From: Macrostomum lignano
Lineage: Eukaryota
DNA length: 64,000 bases
Reading direction: 5' to 3'
Assembly (NCBI GenBank): GCA_002269645.1
Contig: NIVC01001874.1
Span: 1 to 64,000, forward strand
A model generated the notes under the pieces. The model was not told the origin of the DNA. It saw nothing but the letters and a program-made list of their open reading frames with translations, and made no database searches. The position numbers and the translations under genes were made by a program. This document shows positions 46,504 through 61,119 of this stretch, piece after piece (position 1 is the first letter of the stretch; every line of letters starts with the position of its first letter).

Positions 46504-47429
46504 CAACGGAGCCTATAGCCACATTTCTATACTAGGGCATTTCCTAAGCTGCAAAATGTCACATTCAAATCGCCGAAGAGACAATATTTCACAGCATGGA
46601 AATCCAACAAGCTTGAAAACTTCATATCGTTGGAGAGCCTTGCTGGCTGGATCCAATAGCTGGAAACTTGACAAACCGGAGACAGCCAGAAATTGACCAA
46701 CAAGCAGAAGACAAGCTGTCAGTAATTACTAAACGAACAAGCAGCACACTATAATGCTCAGAAATATTATATTTTATTATATATATGTTAAAAACACCTC
46801 TGTGCAAGACAGGTAAGGTCGGGACAATCGGAGCAATGAGAAAAAAGGAAACAGCTAAGGAATAATTAGTTGAGGCTTCAACTCCGAAGCGGGGGCCCGG
46901 AACTTGCAGCCAAGAAAACAAAATAACCTGTCAAAGCAAAGTAGAAAACCGCGATTCCAGCAGCCCCCCAGCAAGTACAGGACAGTATAGTAAGCCGCAA
47001 TGTGTGAGAATAAAAAACGCGTCATAACTAAACTATACTACTCGATACAGATGCGCTTATTAGTAGTGCGCAGAGCAAATTAAAATTATATATATAAGAG
47101 AGAGAGTTACATTTTGTCAAGCCAAATCTTAGCAGCCTCTCGCTTTCCCGAATTAAAAATTAACTGAAGCGAAATTCTGAAACGCAAAAAGTCAATTAAC
47201 TTCAACAAGACTTTTAAATAGTTATGCATATATTAACATATTTATAACATAGTGTAATCTTAGTGATTATCTTTAGTTCCGCCTGCATAGCCGTTTTAGT
47301 AAAATATAAGTCAATTAAAACAATAATCCATATTGGGGACACTTTAAAATAAAAAATATGTATAATAACTCCGCAGACAGAAACATTTTATCCAAACCCC
47401 ACCTCAGGTGCTAGGGGGGCACTTCATGT

Positions 47430-47945
47430 GCCACTTCAGATGTTAGGGGCGCCACTTCAGGTGTTAGGGGTGCCACTTTAGGTGTTAAGGGCGCCATTTC
47501 AGGTGCTAGAGGTGCAACTTCAGGTGTTAGAGGCGCCACTTTCAGGTGTTAGGGGCGCCACCGCCACTTCAGGTGTTAGGGGCGCCACTTTAGGTGTTAA
47601 GGGCGCCATTTCAGATGTTAGGGGCGCCACTTCAGGTGTTAGGGGCGCCACTTCAGGTGTTAGGGGCGCCACTTTCAGGTGTTAGGGGCGCCACCGCCAC
47701 TTCAGGTGTTAGGGGCGCCACTTTAGGTGTTAAGGGCGCCATTTCAGATGTTAGGGGCGCCACTTCAGATGTTAGGGGCGCCACTTCAGGTGTTAGGGGC
47801 GCCACTTTAGGTGTTAAGGGCGCCATTTCAGATGTTAGGGGCGCCACTTCAGATGTTAGGGGCGCCACTTCAGGTGTTAGGGGCGCCACTTCAGGCGTTA
47901 GGGGCGCCACCGCCATTTCAGATGTTAGGGGCGCCACTTCAGGTA
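47430..47945. repeat. About 21-bp minisatellite (CAGGTGTTAGGGGCGCCACTT)n
   Basis: Visible tandem units with higher-order variants. Confidence 0.95.
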
Positions 47946-49506
47946 CTGGGGGAGGGCAGTTCAAGTGTCATAAGCGCCCATATACTTTAAGGTGTCTTGA
48001 AAGAGGCTTGCAGAACAGCAGCATTGGCTAATCGAGGTAAAAAGCGATCATACGTATAGTTTATAAAGCATACAATCACGCATGTACAGCCAGGACAAAC
48101 TTGAACTCCAATTGAATTGACGGAATGAAAAGCAACACGCACTGATTCTTATGAATGGAAACGAACAGAGAAAAACTGTTCATCTGAGTGAATAAGTAAA
48201 GTAGAACGTTTGTCACTGTATTAGGCACGAAATAGTACAATTCAAATTCATCAGTCTTTAGAGAGTTTTCTAGTCCGTGTGTATCAGGCGCCTGCTGAAA
48301 ATTATCATTTGAGACACATTTATAGAAGCCACAGAATAAACACAGAATGCTCAATCATGCATTTTGAGAATATTTCTTGCACAGGAATTGTATTCTACAC
48401 TAGCTGATATATTTGTGAAGAAAAATTAAGTTGGCTAAATGGCACTTTGCAACCTAAATCTTTCAAAAACTTCTCCATTAATTGGTGAGCCAGGCTGTCA
48501 ATATAATAAGAGAATTGAAAAATTTTATAATTTTTTGCTACTACTGAGAAAGTTCGTTAAATAAGTAGGCTGTGCGAATTTTATTTCTTTTTTAGTATAC
48601 ATAATAACTGAGCATTCTGTGTATATTCTGTGACCATAAAAGTTTGGACAGTAATTGATATAAGATTATTATTAACTGTATTGTTCCAGATATGAAAATA
48701 GATATAAATAAACATTTCGCCATCACCTTCTTAGGACGCAAAAGAAACAAAAAAATCTGCGCGTTGATTTTCTGAATTAAACCAGACCAATCGATGCGCA
48801 GCACATTGATGGCTAATCTGTGCTCACTGCTCTGTGGGGAGGCGTGGAGAGGGGGAGGAACTAAACACAAACATATAGTGAGCACATCTGATAGTAAATA
48901 TAAGATCGCAGACAGAGCTGTAGAGAGTGCAACGGCTTTTTGTGCAGACGATGCGCGTGCCAGGGAAATTACGACGGGTCTCTAAACTTCCAAAGTTGAG
49001 TGCAATTTTTGCCTATGGATTTTAAATGCACGCCTGAAGTTTTAACAAGTTTGAGGTCATTGGAAATCGGAAAATCTCGTCTTTCATTTGAACAAAAAAC
49101 TTTTGTGCATGACCTAAAAATGTAATTTAACAGGGATGCAAGCTGAGATATATTGATTAGTTTCAACTTGTTAAATTTCAGGCTTGCATTAAAAATCTAC
49201 AGACTAAAGCTTTACTAATTTTGGGAAAAACATGAGCAAATCGAGTAAGTAATTAGCTGGCGAGGCTTTTAATTCATATCTACTCTCGCCGATTACCCAG
49301 TTAAAGCTTACCCAGAAAATCCCTGGCAGGGCAGCTCTGCAACATGTCGGCATACTTCGGTGCTCAAACACAGAGGGGGGGAAAGGACGGTGAGAGCAGT
49401 AAGCTGGCAATACAATAGACAGGATTATGACAAGGAGCAAGGGACACACTATATTGATGGTCTTTTTTTAATAAATTAACAGCAAAATCTGCACAGTTGT
49501 TGTTCA

Positions 49507-51303
<1,797 letters not shown>

Positions 51304-51660
51304 TTAACAGAAAGCCAGCGGATAAAGCAGCGGGAATGGCGATTGGGTGGATTCCATTCTGTAAGTTTCTTGGAAAATGCTCAGACTACTTAAAGGCAGT
51401 AAGTTTTTTAGCTCAGTGTACAGATTGTGTAATGCATGCCAGAACACAAACCCTATCTTAGCTAAATGCACCCTAAGTGTATGCCAAAAAGGTAACAATT
51501 CCCTAGAATATATGCCAACTTTTTTCTTAAAAGGTCATTCAACTTTTGCAAGTGAGTTTTCTAAGGAAAGTTTTTATTTTTTGTAGTAGACACAAAACTA
51601 AGTTGAATGGAAAGTTCTCGCAGTTTTTAAAAATTTTCTTGAATTCTTAACTATGCTTGG

Positions 51661-51811
51661 GTGCAGCCTAGGGATTCACCCGGCCATTTCTATTGGCAAC
51701 ACACATGTAAGTTGCTATTGGACAGAAAAGTAGTCACATAACGCTCTCAGCCAATAGCAACATACATATGTGTTGCCAATAGAAACAGCTGGGTGATTCC
51801 CAAGGTTGCAC
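51661..51811. repeat. Imperfect hairpin, about 66-bp arms (MITE-like)
   Basis: GTGCAGCCTAGGGATTCACCC..TTCTATTGGCAACAC mirrored by GTGTTGCCAATAGAA..GGGTGATTCCCAAGGTTGCAC. Confidence 0.8.
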
Positions 51812-51964
51812 ATGTATGATCTTAACATGGACTTTCTAAAATGTTCTGCCCCATATATAATGAGGGTAAATATTGATGTATCTATCATTAAGCCAAGATT
51901 GCTTCTCTTTCTATTTCTATCAAGTAGCTATGGACTTGTCAATGCTCTATATTTGAGGCCTTAA

Positions 51965-52960
51965 ATGCTCTATGACTTCAAAATGGGACTGAAAGTAGCT
52001 AAATTGGCTTGCCATTTTAATAGTGTGTTTGGTGAGAACACTGGCTTTGAGCGCATAGCACAAGATTGGTTTGCTTGCTTTTGCACTGGAGTTCATGACC
52101 TCAAAGATTAGTCTTGGTTGGGTCATCTATCTAGGCTCAATAATGAGAACCTATGCTAGCTAGTGAAAGATTATCTATAGCAGACAAATACAGAATATAG
52201 ACAAATATAGACAAGGCAGAAACCTTGGAGCTATTTTCAATCAACCATGGTTGAGCACCAGAGGGCACTTGGCTTTGTGTCTAAGTTGTCCAAGTAGGTA
52301 CCTTATCAGCTGACTAAGATGCAGCACTAGTGCCACATTGAGATAGCCTTTTTGCTGACTGTTGTTCAAGCATACCAAGAACTAGCTCATGTCTAGTGTC
52401 ACTAGAGATGAGAAGTAGGTCTATATACCAATATTCAATGCAAGAGGTTGTTATACCAAACTGATAAATATCCAAATATAGCTAAACCTAGGCTATATCC
52501 AAGGACATATTGTCAATCTAATAGGACAGCAAAGATATGTTGCTATGTAAACTGCTACTACCCAATATAAAAATCACTATGCAATTATACCGCCAACAAC
52601 TTGATTATTTGGCTGCTTAGATTCAACTTAAGTGCAAAAACCTTGGCCCTATTTGCTTTTTCCATAACAATATTAGACCTTATATTGCAAATATTATTCA
52701 ATAAAAGCTGCTTAAACTTGACTAAAAAGTGCATATCTACCCACTATATAGCCCTAACTTTGCGTACTCCAACTATCATTTATTTTTGTCTTTAAGTAGG
52801 CCTAACACTTTGAAAGAAAATACTTTTTCTAAAAAAGCTGATTTAAATTAAATTGGTAGTTGAAGAATTTGGTTAAAGAATTTCTTTGCCTTTAAACCTG
52901 CAAGATTTTATCATGATGGCATTGGAAGTCTGCCCAATGAGTAGCAAAAAAAGATAAATT
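51965..52960 (+). pseudogene. Full-length, heavily mutated mariner transposase
   Basis: MLYDFKMG..QDWF, K*VPYQL (KWVPHEL), VTRDEK*VY (VTGDEKW), HNNIRPY (HDNARPH), YSPNFAYSNYHLF (YSPDLAPSDYHLF). Confidence 0.9.
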
Positions 52961-52995
52961 TAATAGCTAGGCCTAATATAGTAATAGGGCATATA

Positions 52996-53515
52996 CCATA
53001 GTCAGGATGATGTACATTATGCCGGAAATTTCTGGTATACAATTGAAAATTTTACTTTTTTGGCATACAATAGGCGTAAAAAATGAGGCAAAATATATTT
53101 GGCGTACCTTTTGGCGTGACGCCGTGGCGTAAATAAATTGTTGGCATAATGCCGTAACCTTACTAGTAGAATCTTATTATAAAATCATAAAAACCATAAA
53201 ACTCGTAAGATGTAAGTTCATAACTATTCATGATTTATAAAAATTTGACATTCCACAAAAACTAATTGTGTAATTTTCTAAAAAAAACTTAATCAAAAAC
53301 TAGTGTGTTGTTTAGTGAGTGAAGCGGGTGAAGTAGAGGTGTTTATAAGATAGGCAAAAATGTGTAACACGCAAAAAAGGTTATTTACTATTGCAAAGCC
53401 TAGAAAACCTGGCATAAGTTCCTAGGACCTTGGTGTACATTTCAGTATGAAGTGGCATAGATTTTTTAAGGGACTTTTTATTCCGGCGTATACCATGACA
53501 TGATCCTGACTATGG
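52996..53515. mobile_element. Non-autonomous TIR element with 8-bp target-site duplication GGCATATA
   Basis: TIR CCATAGTCAGGAT.. / ..ATCCTGACTATGG; GGCATATA at 52988-52995 and 53516-53523. Confidence 0.88.
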
Positions 53516-55479
53516 GGCATATATTAGTTAAGTGAAAAATAAATCCTTAATTAAATAGGCCTAAACAAAGCTTTTGCATGTCAAAAAAATTTATATAGAA
53601 ATGGGAAGAATTTTCTAATAATAAACTAAAAAATACAGTGTTATCATTTTAAACAAAAATATAATATAATACAATATAAAAATTTTATATCAATCACATT
53701 ATTACATTAAGCCATAATAGGCCTAATTACCATTTTGCTTCCTACATATGGTGACTATAAAACTAACTGTTTCACTATTTCTACAGTTAGGCCTATATTA
53801 AGTTATAAATAACTTTTTTATATGGTCTCTAACTATAACAACTGCCAAAGAAATAGGGTTTATTCTGTCTAATTACTAAAATCGGCTATGTAGAATTAAA
53901 ATAATTTTTCATTAGTGCTTCAAATGTGTATAATTTTATTTGTGGCATTAAATATAAGAGTCTTGTCTTGGTAATTTGGTCAGTTGGATTATAAATGCTG
54001 TTTCAACAAAATACTAGCCTAACTAGGCCTAGCTTATTCATTCTCAATAAAAAATTAACTAGGTGAAGTTTTAACTAGCAACTAGCAACAAGCCTGATTG
54101 TTATAAACAGCAAGCTTAGGCTAGCAAGTTACGCCCAGGCCTCTTTTTCTCCAGTCAGCCGTCAGGGCGTCAGGTAGGACTTCCTCGATCGCGATATTTC
54201 TACGAATTTATTTCCTGAAGTCAAATATTTATGAAACCAGGGTTAAGAACCCATGACTAACTAAAGGTGTAAATATTGCCAAAATAGTTTATTTGTTTCC
54301 TAAAGCATGTGCTAATTATTTATACCTTCTTTAAGCCTTAAAGACTTTTTTTCGCTTTACTTTAGTCATGGTTTAACGTTACTTTTTTTCTAAGAACTAG
54401 ATGTAAAAGATCGCGAATGTACGCAATTATGCTGCTAGTACATTACTTTTAATAGGTAACAACGTATGCATTTCTATAATCTTGAATTATTCATTAGCAT
54501 TCATTACCATCAGACGACTATGGGAACATACAGAGGTGGATTTAGCAATATAAAATAAGGGGCGGATGTTAACCTAACCTAACAATAACTATAAAAGTTT
54601 AGGACCACGGCCCAGGGCCAGGGGTGCCATTCCCGCCATAGTATACACTTTACGTCTATACTATACTGGACTCTAACTGGAGGGCATACTGAGCAAAATG
54701 AGGGCGGTGAGGCAGTGAGGACCTTTTCTGAAAGAGGGCCTGAGCTTTTACTATGAATCATATGATGTTAGGATTGTTTGCCATGGAACTTCTATGCTTC
54801 TTCTTATGCTTGTTTTCTGGCTTTTACTCCTGTAACTGCCTAACTAAGTTTTTTACATTTTTTATCTAAAAAGATATATTGGCATAAAAATTGGTTCATC
54901 AAAAATTACAAAAAAATACTAAATACCAAAAATAGGCCTATTGGTAAAAATTAATTAAAGCTTTTGGAAAAAAATAGGCAATTGTATTTGTAAAAAGTGC
55001 ACATTTAATTATTTTTCAAATTGAATTAACATTAAACAAAGCATATTTATTGTGATAGGAGACATATTTAATTACACAAAACTGTTCAAAAAACAGCACA
55101 ACTTGGAAGGGCACATGACCAAGATGAAGATGGCCACATACCAAGATGGCCATGGCCACAGCTCTAAATGGCTGCTTAGATAAGAATAGCAATAGGTCTA
55201 TATATTTCCTTATTTCCTATTGGCTATGATTGGGATGGGGTATAACCTAGCTTCAAGTCTTGGAGAAAACAGATTTCGTTAGTGAAATTAGATCAGTAAA
55301 ACAAAAAACACTTCCTTTTACAGCAGGTATACATTTGATTTTTATATCATGGATAATAGTTTCAAACCTATCTCAATATACCAAAACTGACATGTTGTTT
55401 GTATATGTTAAAAGTTAAAGGTAGAGGGTATAAGGTATTAGTTATGATAGAAGTAAGCAAAAATTGGAGTGCCCTTTTG

Positions 55480-55975
55480 TCTCTCATCTTTTCTCTCATC
55501 TCTGCACTCTCATCTCTTATCTTTTCTCTCTCATCTCTGCCCTCTTGTCTCTCTTTTCTCTCTCATCTCTGCCCTCCTCTCATCTGTTCTCTCTCTCATC
55601 TCTACCCTCTCTTCTCATCTGTTTTCTTTCTCATAGTCATCTCTGCCCTTTCATCTCTTATCTTTTCTCTCTCTTATCTCTGCCTTCTCCTCTCTCATCT
55701 CTGCCCTCTCCTCTCTCCTCTCCTTACCTCTTTCCTCCCCTTTCTTCTTACCTCTATCCTCTCCTTTCTCCTTATTTCTTTCCTCTCATTTCCCTTTTCC
55801 TCTTTATTCTCTTCTCCCTTCCCTCCTCTCTCCTCTCCATTAATCTCCCTTCTCCTCTTTTTCCGCTCGTATTTAATCTCTCCTCTCATCAACTCTCTTC
55901 TCCTTTATTCCTTCGCCTCTCCTTTATCCTATGCTTGTATTTCTCTTCTTTATTCCTTATCCTCTCTCTTTACCT
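55480..55975. repeat. CT-rich low-complexity (polypyrimidine) tract
   Basis: Almost only C and T on the + strand. Confidence 0.9.
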
Positions 55976-58900
55976 CTGGCCCGCACTGTTATCAGGACTT
56001 CTCCCTTCACTTAGGGGCCCAACAAAGTGGACCCAGAATGGCAGTCATGAGCTGGGTTCTCAATTGAATTGAAAGTTACTATGTCTAATAAGTCTTATGG
56101 CTTATATCTAATGGCTAGGGTACTAATCATTTTGGTGACAAGTCTATTAAGCCTATTCAAATTGTTTTAATAATTATTTATTTTACTTTATTCAGATACC
56201 TTTAAGGATAAGATAAGATTAAATAATATTTTGAACCAAAGTCTACAGATGTATATCCTTAAACAATACATTTGTCTACTTATTTTGATTGGCATGTATA
56301 GCAAAATTTTTATATTTCTTGATAGTATTCTTAGAGCTATAGACTAAATTCTTGACTATATCCAAATAGACATTGAACTAGAAATAGAATTCCTTTCCTT
56401 TGGAAAGCTGGGCCTTATAGCATGCAAGACCAATATTGCTATTCAAAGAAATTCCTTCAAAGTCAGTTATTTGAGTGCCTTTGATGGCTAAAATGCAACA
56501 AGTCTTCTATATTCAAAATTAATCATTAGTTTATTGCCCTATTTACATTGTCATAATTATTATCTTAGAATTTAAGTCTTAAAGGCAAACAATTTATGCA
56601 ATTCGTACAAAGTCTCTAGACTTTGTATGCACTAGTAAAAGTAATGCTTTATATTATGCCAATAATATTAACAAGGTTGCTAAAAGTTTTGGATCTAACT
56701 TCTAAAAATAATTAGAACCAGTGGCTAAATAAATGTTCTACAATTAGATAATCATTAGATTATATATAGTATACTCAAATTCAGTTTACATGTCCCAAAC
56801 TTTCCATATAATAACAAAAATATATTATATCTGTTATATTTGTTATTAAAAAATAGATAGCTTAGCAAGTTTTGTAGTTGTACTTTAATATGCCTATAAC
56901 ATTCTGATCATCAATCACACTGATTATGCTACCTTTGTCAACATTGAAAATCCATTCTTGACTATATACAGTAAAGTTATAATGGCTATTGGTAGACTTA
57001 ATTGGTAGGCTTAATGTCCCATTAGATTTAGGCCAAATATGGTTACTTGGATTTTGGCATTCTTATCTATTACAAAAATTGAAAAGAGCTAATTGGAGAC
57101 TCTTGTGTTGCTCTACTTTTTTTGCCCAGCCTAACCTAATCTAGCCCTATTATATGCAGTGTTACCATTCTATATATTGGTTATTAAGGTGATAAAATAT
57201 CAATTATCAATCAATCAAAATATCAATCAATAGTGAATTGAAAGTTTATTGAAGTCAACCTTAGATCAGAAACACATTTAATAAGCATCACAGCATAGCA
57301 TTGGGGTGGGTGACAGAGATAAGGCATGCACGATAAAATGGAAAATGAGCAACGATGTACATAGAGTACGCAAACCCTCACTAGACAAAGAACCTACCCC
57401 AAGCCCTGACCCTAGAGCCCACAGTCCATAACAGATCAGAGTCAGTTAGAGTCCAACACTTGATAATAGACAAACTATCTGCTTGACCATTTAATTGATT
57501 ATTCAATTGAAAAAAAGCTTGCAATTCATTTAATATTGCAATACTTTTACTATGTTATTGGCAATATGCATTCAACTTCTATAGTATGCTTATAAAAACG
57601 ACAATTAGTTAGCCTGACAAAAAAGAAAAGAAGAAGACAAATTAAACTTCATTTAGCTAAATATTTCTAAATATTAAATTTTTCTGCTTAATCAAGAAAA
57701 GCTATAGTGAAGAAATTGAATCAACTTCTGGGATACCCCATGGCAGGCAAAGCAGTAGGCCTAGTTTTGGGGGATATAGGAGCATCTTAGGTGGTATCTC
57801 CACTTATAGATATTTACATGTTTAGTGAATTGAAATTTAATCCAGAATAGATTAGTCTAACATGAAACTGCCAAGCTAACAAATTGAGACACAATGAATA
57901 TATATATAAATTGTATTGGTAATAAGAACTAATTCAAATAAACAAAAATCGTATCTATTAAATTGAAACTTCTATTAACAAGCTTAAAGAAATGTTTTGC
58001 AATAAATTAAATATGCTCTCAAATTGACTAAAAAAATCAAGGGTTAGAATAAGTGCATCTGATTAAACTAACAATCAATTACTCAACCAAAGATGATAAT
58101 AGTAAAGAATGTAGCAACTTGTTCAGGCTGTAATTTATGTAGTATAAATCCATTGGCATTAAAGCTATGGAAAGGTATCTCTAATGGCTTAGCTCATATA
58201 CACTAGGCCCTTGAAAAAAAGTATTTGCAAGCCAGCATACAATAGATGTTAGTTGATCCTTTTAAATGTCAAAGTCAACAAGAAACTCAAAACTATATAG
58301 AAAAAGACAAATTGTATTGTTGGCATACTTTAGTGGAACCATACCAAAGAGTGTGAGTAGCACATTGATGCATAGACAATTAGCCATTCAGGTGGATACT
58401 GCAATTTTCTTCTCGATAAAAAGTTAGTAAACTTGTTGTCTGGTACTTGTAAAGTTTGAGCAGAAAAAACTTCAAGCATTTCAGACTCCTTAGTAGAAAT
58501 ACTAAGGCCATAGCCATAGATAGAGTATAGAGTTACTCTTTCACCCAATGATATCTCTTCAATTTGGCCTGGCAAACTATCAATTAATGCAACCTTTGCA
58601 AACAGCAATGTGCCTATGCAACAATTGTCTTGTGCTTGGCAGTTCCTAGATGGTGCATTGATTTGAAGGTCTGCATTATATTAAAGATAAAATGAAGGAA
58701 GGTTTGAAGGAATGAAGTTTTGCATTCTTCATTGACAGGCTGAAAGCATTATCTGCTCTACTGAGATAAAATAGCAACCACCATGCCATTGTCTATAAAC
58801 AGTAAATTCTCCTTCAAGTCTGTCTGATTGAAGCTCAGTCAGTGGAATAGAAGCTAGTAGGTAAAGTTCAATTACAACAGGGCCACCACACTTCTGCAGT

Positions 58901-59403
58901 GCTATAACAGACCATAGCTTATAAGGTTGCCAATTGCACACGCCAAACGATAAAAAAGCCAGGGCCGCTGAACCGGTACACTCCTGTGTGATGCTGTAAT
59001 GCCTCTCGCCGGTTGTGCGACAATGCCGGTTAAAGTGCGCCAGGGTGCACACAGCCCCCAATTAAAAAAATACAGGTAGGTACAAAAAAATTGAAATATT
59101 TATACCTAGAGGTAGATAAATGTGTATGAAACTACATAAAAATGAAACTATACATAATTATATGCAAATTGAAATATTCACGTTTGCAAATAATTAAAAA
59201 AAAAATTTCTATACCTTTGATGACCCTATCATGGAATAACCCACCTGCATTCATGCCCATTCCGCTGAGCTTTAAGCACACATATGCGCACATGCACTTT
59301 CTCACTGTTGGGGATAAACACAATTCCCCAGGTACTCCGCCCCATCCTTTAGCCTACTGTCAACCTTAACAATCGTTTCTCTCATGCGCTCTACCCCACG
59401 GCA

Positions 59404-60640
59404 ATGACGCGGCCGCTGAAGCGTCATCGCCGTCGACGAAGGCATCGCAGCGACAGCCGCGGCCCCAGGAGTCGCAGTCGTTCCGCTGACGGCAGCAGCG
59501 GCAGCTCGGCATCTGATTCGCGGAATTCTTCTCGCGACCGAGTCGGCTGGCATCGCCGACATCGACACGGCGGACACCGGAGACCGCACAGACGGCGCGG
59601 TGGCGACGGTCCCGATGCCGGTGGTCAGAGTCGCTCGTCGCGGCGGCCTCATCGAGCCAGCGGCCGTGGCCGATTGTCGTCTGTCTCGCGGTCTCGCTCT
59701 GCAACGCCCACTCGCGGCCCACCGCAGCAGCCGCCGCCGCAGCCACCTGCGCAGCAGCCGCACTCCGCCGCTCAGAACAAAAACAATCACAGCTTCGGTG
59801 GCGGCGGCGCGGTTGTCAATAGCAACAGGCGACGCAGGCGCAGGAATCCGCAGAGTGCGGCTGCACGATTTCTTGCCAAGCAGCAACAGCAGCAGCAGCA
59901 ACAGCAACATCACCTGCAGCAGCACCAGACCTCGGTCGCCAACAGCGCTTCGGCAGTCTCCGTTAGCCAGTCAGGTCCGCGCATCCTCAGCCTGATGGAC
60001 ATCCGGGTGCCCACGCCGCCTGTGGCAGATCGGGCCCGACAGCAGCAGCAGCAGCAGACACCAATACAGCTGGCTCAGCCGCCGAAGCTCATGACCTTGG
60101 TGAGCTCAGCGACTGTTGGTCAGCTCATTCCAGCGCCTCAGCCTCAGAAGCAGCAGCCGCCGCAGACTCTGCTGCAACAGCATCAACAGCAACAGCGCCA
60201 GCGAACCGAGTCCATGGGTTCTACCGGCGGCTTGAATTCTTCTGCCACCTCACCACAACAGCCAGAGCAGCAGCAGTCGCAGCCTCCGTCAGACGCGCCG
60301 CCGTCTCCCGTCACAGTGGCAGTCATTGAGCGCCAACTTGGCCGAGTGATGTCCTGGGCCCGCCAGCGGCTCGGCCGGGTGATAAAAAATCCGAAGCATT
60401 TTTTGCAGCTGTTTGTTAAACGGGCGCCGTTGGAGTATCGCGAGGAGCTGGGCAAGCCTGGCAAGAAGTACGCCTGCTGCGTCACCCTCAGCGGTGTCCG
60501 CGTCGGGCTGGCGACCTCGTCGGACAGGCAGAAAGCGGTGGACCGGGCGCACCACATGGCCCTGACTATGCTGGAGCGCTACTCAGTTGAGGAGGTGCTC
60601 TACTCGAATCCGTTTGAAAAGCCCGACTTGTTGCGTCCAG
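59404..60640 (+). CDS. Exon of an RS-rich, polyQ nuclear protein with a dsRBD-like domain (NKRF/CARF-like fold suspected)
   Basis: Long GC-rich ORF; NPKHFLQLF..LEY..YACCVTLSGVRVGLA..RQKAVDRAHHMAL resembles alpha-beta-beta-beta-alpha dsRBD; donor CAG|GTGAGT at 60640. Confidence 0.55.
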
Positions 60641-61119
60641 GTGAGTATTTAGCGCTTTTGGTTTCATGGAATTATATTATGTACATAAAGTGATTATACC
60701 TTTTACCTTTCTATTGAATGACTTAATTAATCAATTCAGTAAGTGTTGGCACAAATTAAAAAAACACGGAGATAGTTTTTATTACTTGCTTTGTACTGCA
60801 TAATATGCAGTCATGCAGTTTTATAACGGTTTTCCATAAGTTTTTATTAGTAAGAAAATCATAGTGAACTTCAATTTATTTGGCTATGCTGCTTCTTAAA
60901 GCAATCTGATTCGGCGGCAATTTGAGTGACTTTAAGAGGCTGCACTATTCATATTTTGTTGAATTCCTAACACCTTTTTGTGTACCCCTGCTGTTGTGCC
61001 ACCCGTAATTCGATTGCATTGCTTTGCCTTGCTTGCAGACAATGGCGTGAGCCAATCACTCGCTACACGTTCACTTTATTTTAAAATGCACTGCGACTGA
61101 CTGCATCTAATTTGCTATG

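Noticed and set aside
43477-48031. Long ORFs of 230-537 aa (GYLPM, LAQLSHW, HSQLHSV, GVRGAT repeats)
   Set aside because: Artefacts of stop-free tandem units.
55399-56072. Leu/Ser/Phe-rich 'membrane protein' ORFs
   Set aside because: Translation of a CT-rich low-complexity tract.
58330-58608. 92-aa ORF as a transposase or gene remnant
   Set aside because: No recognisable motif.
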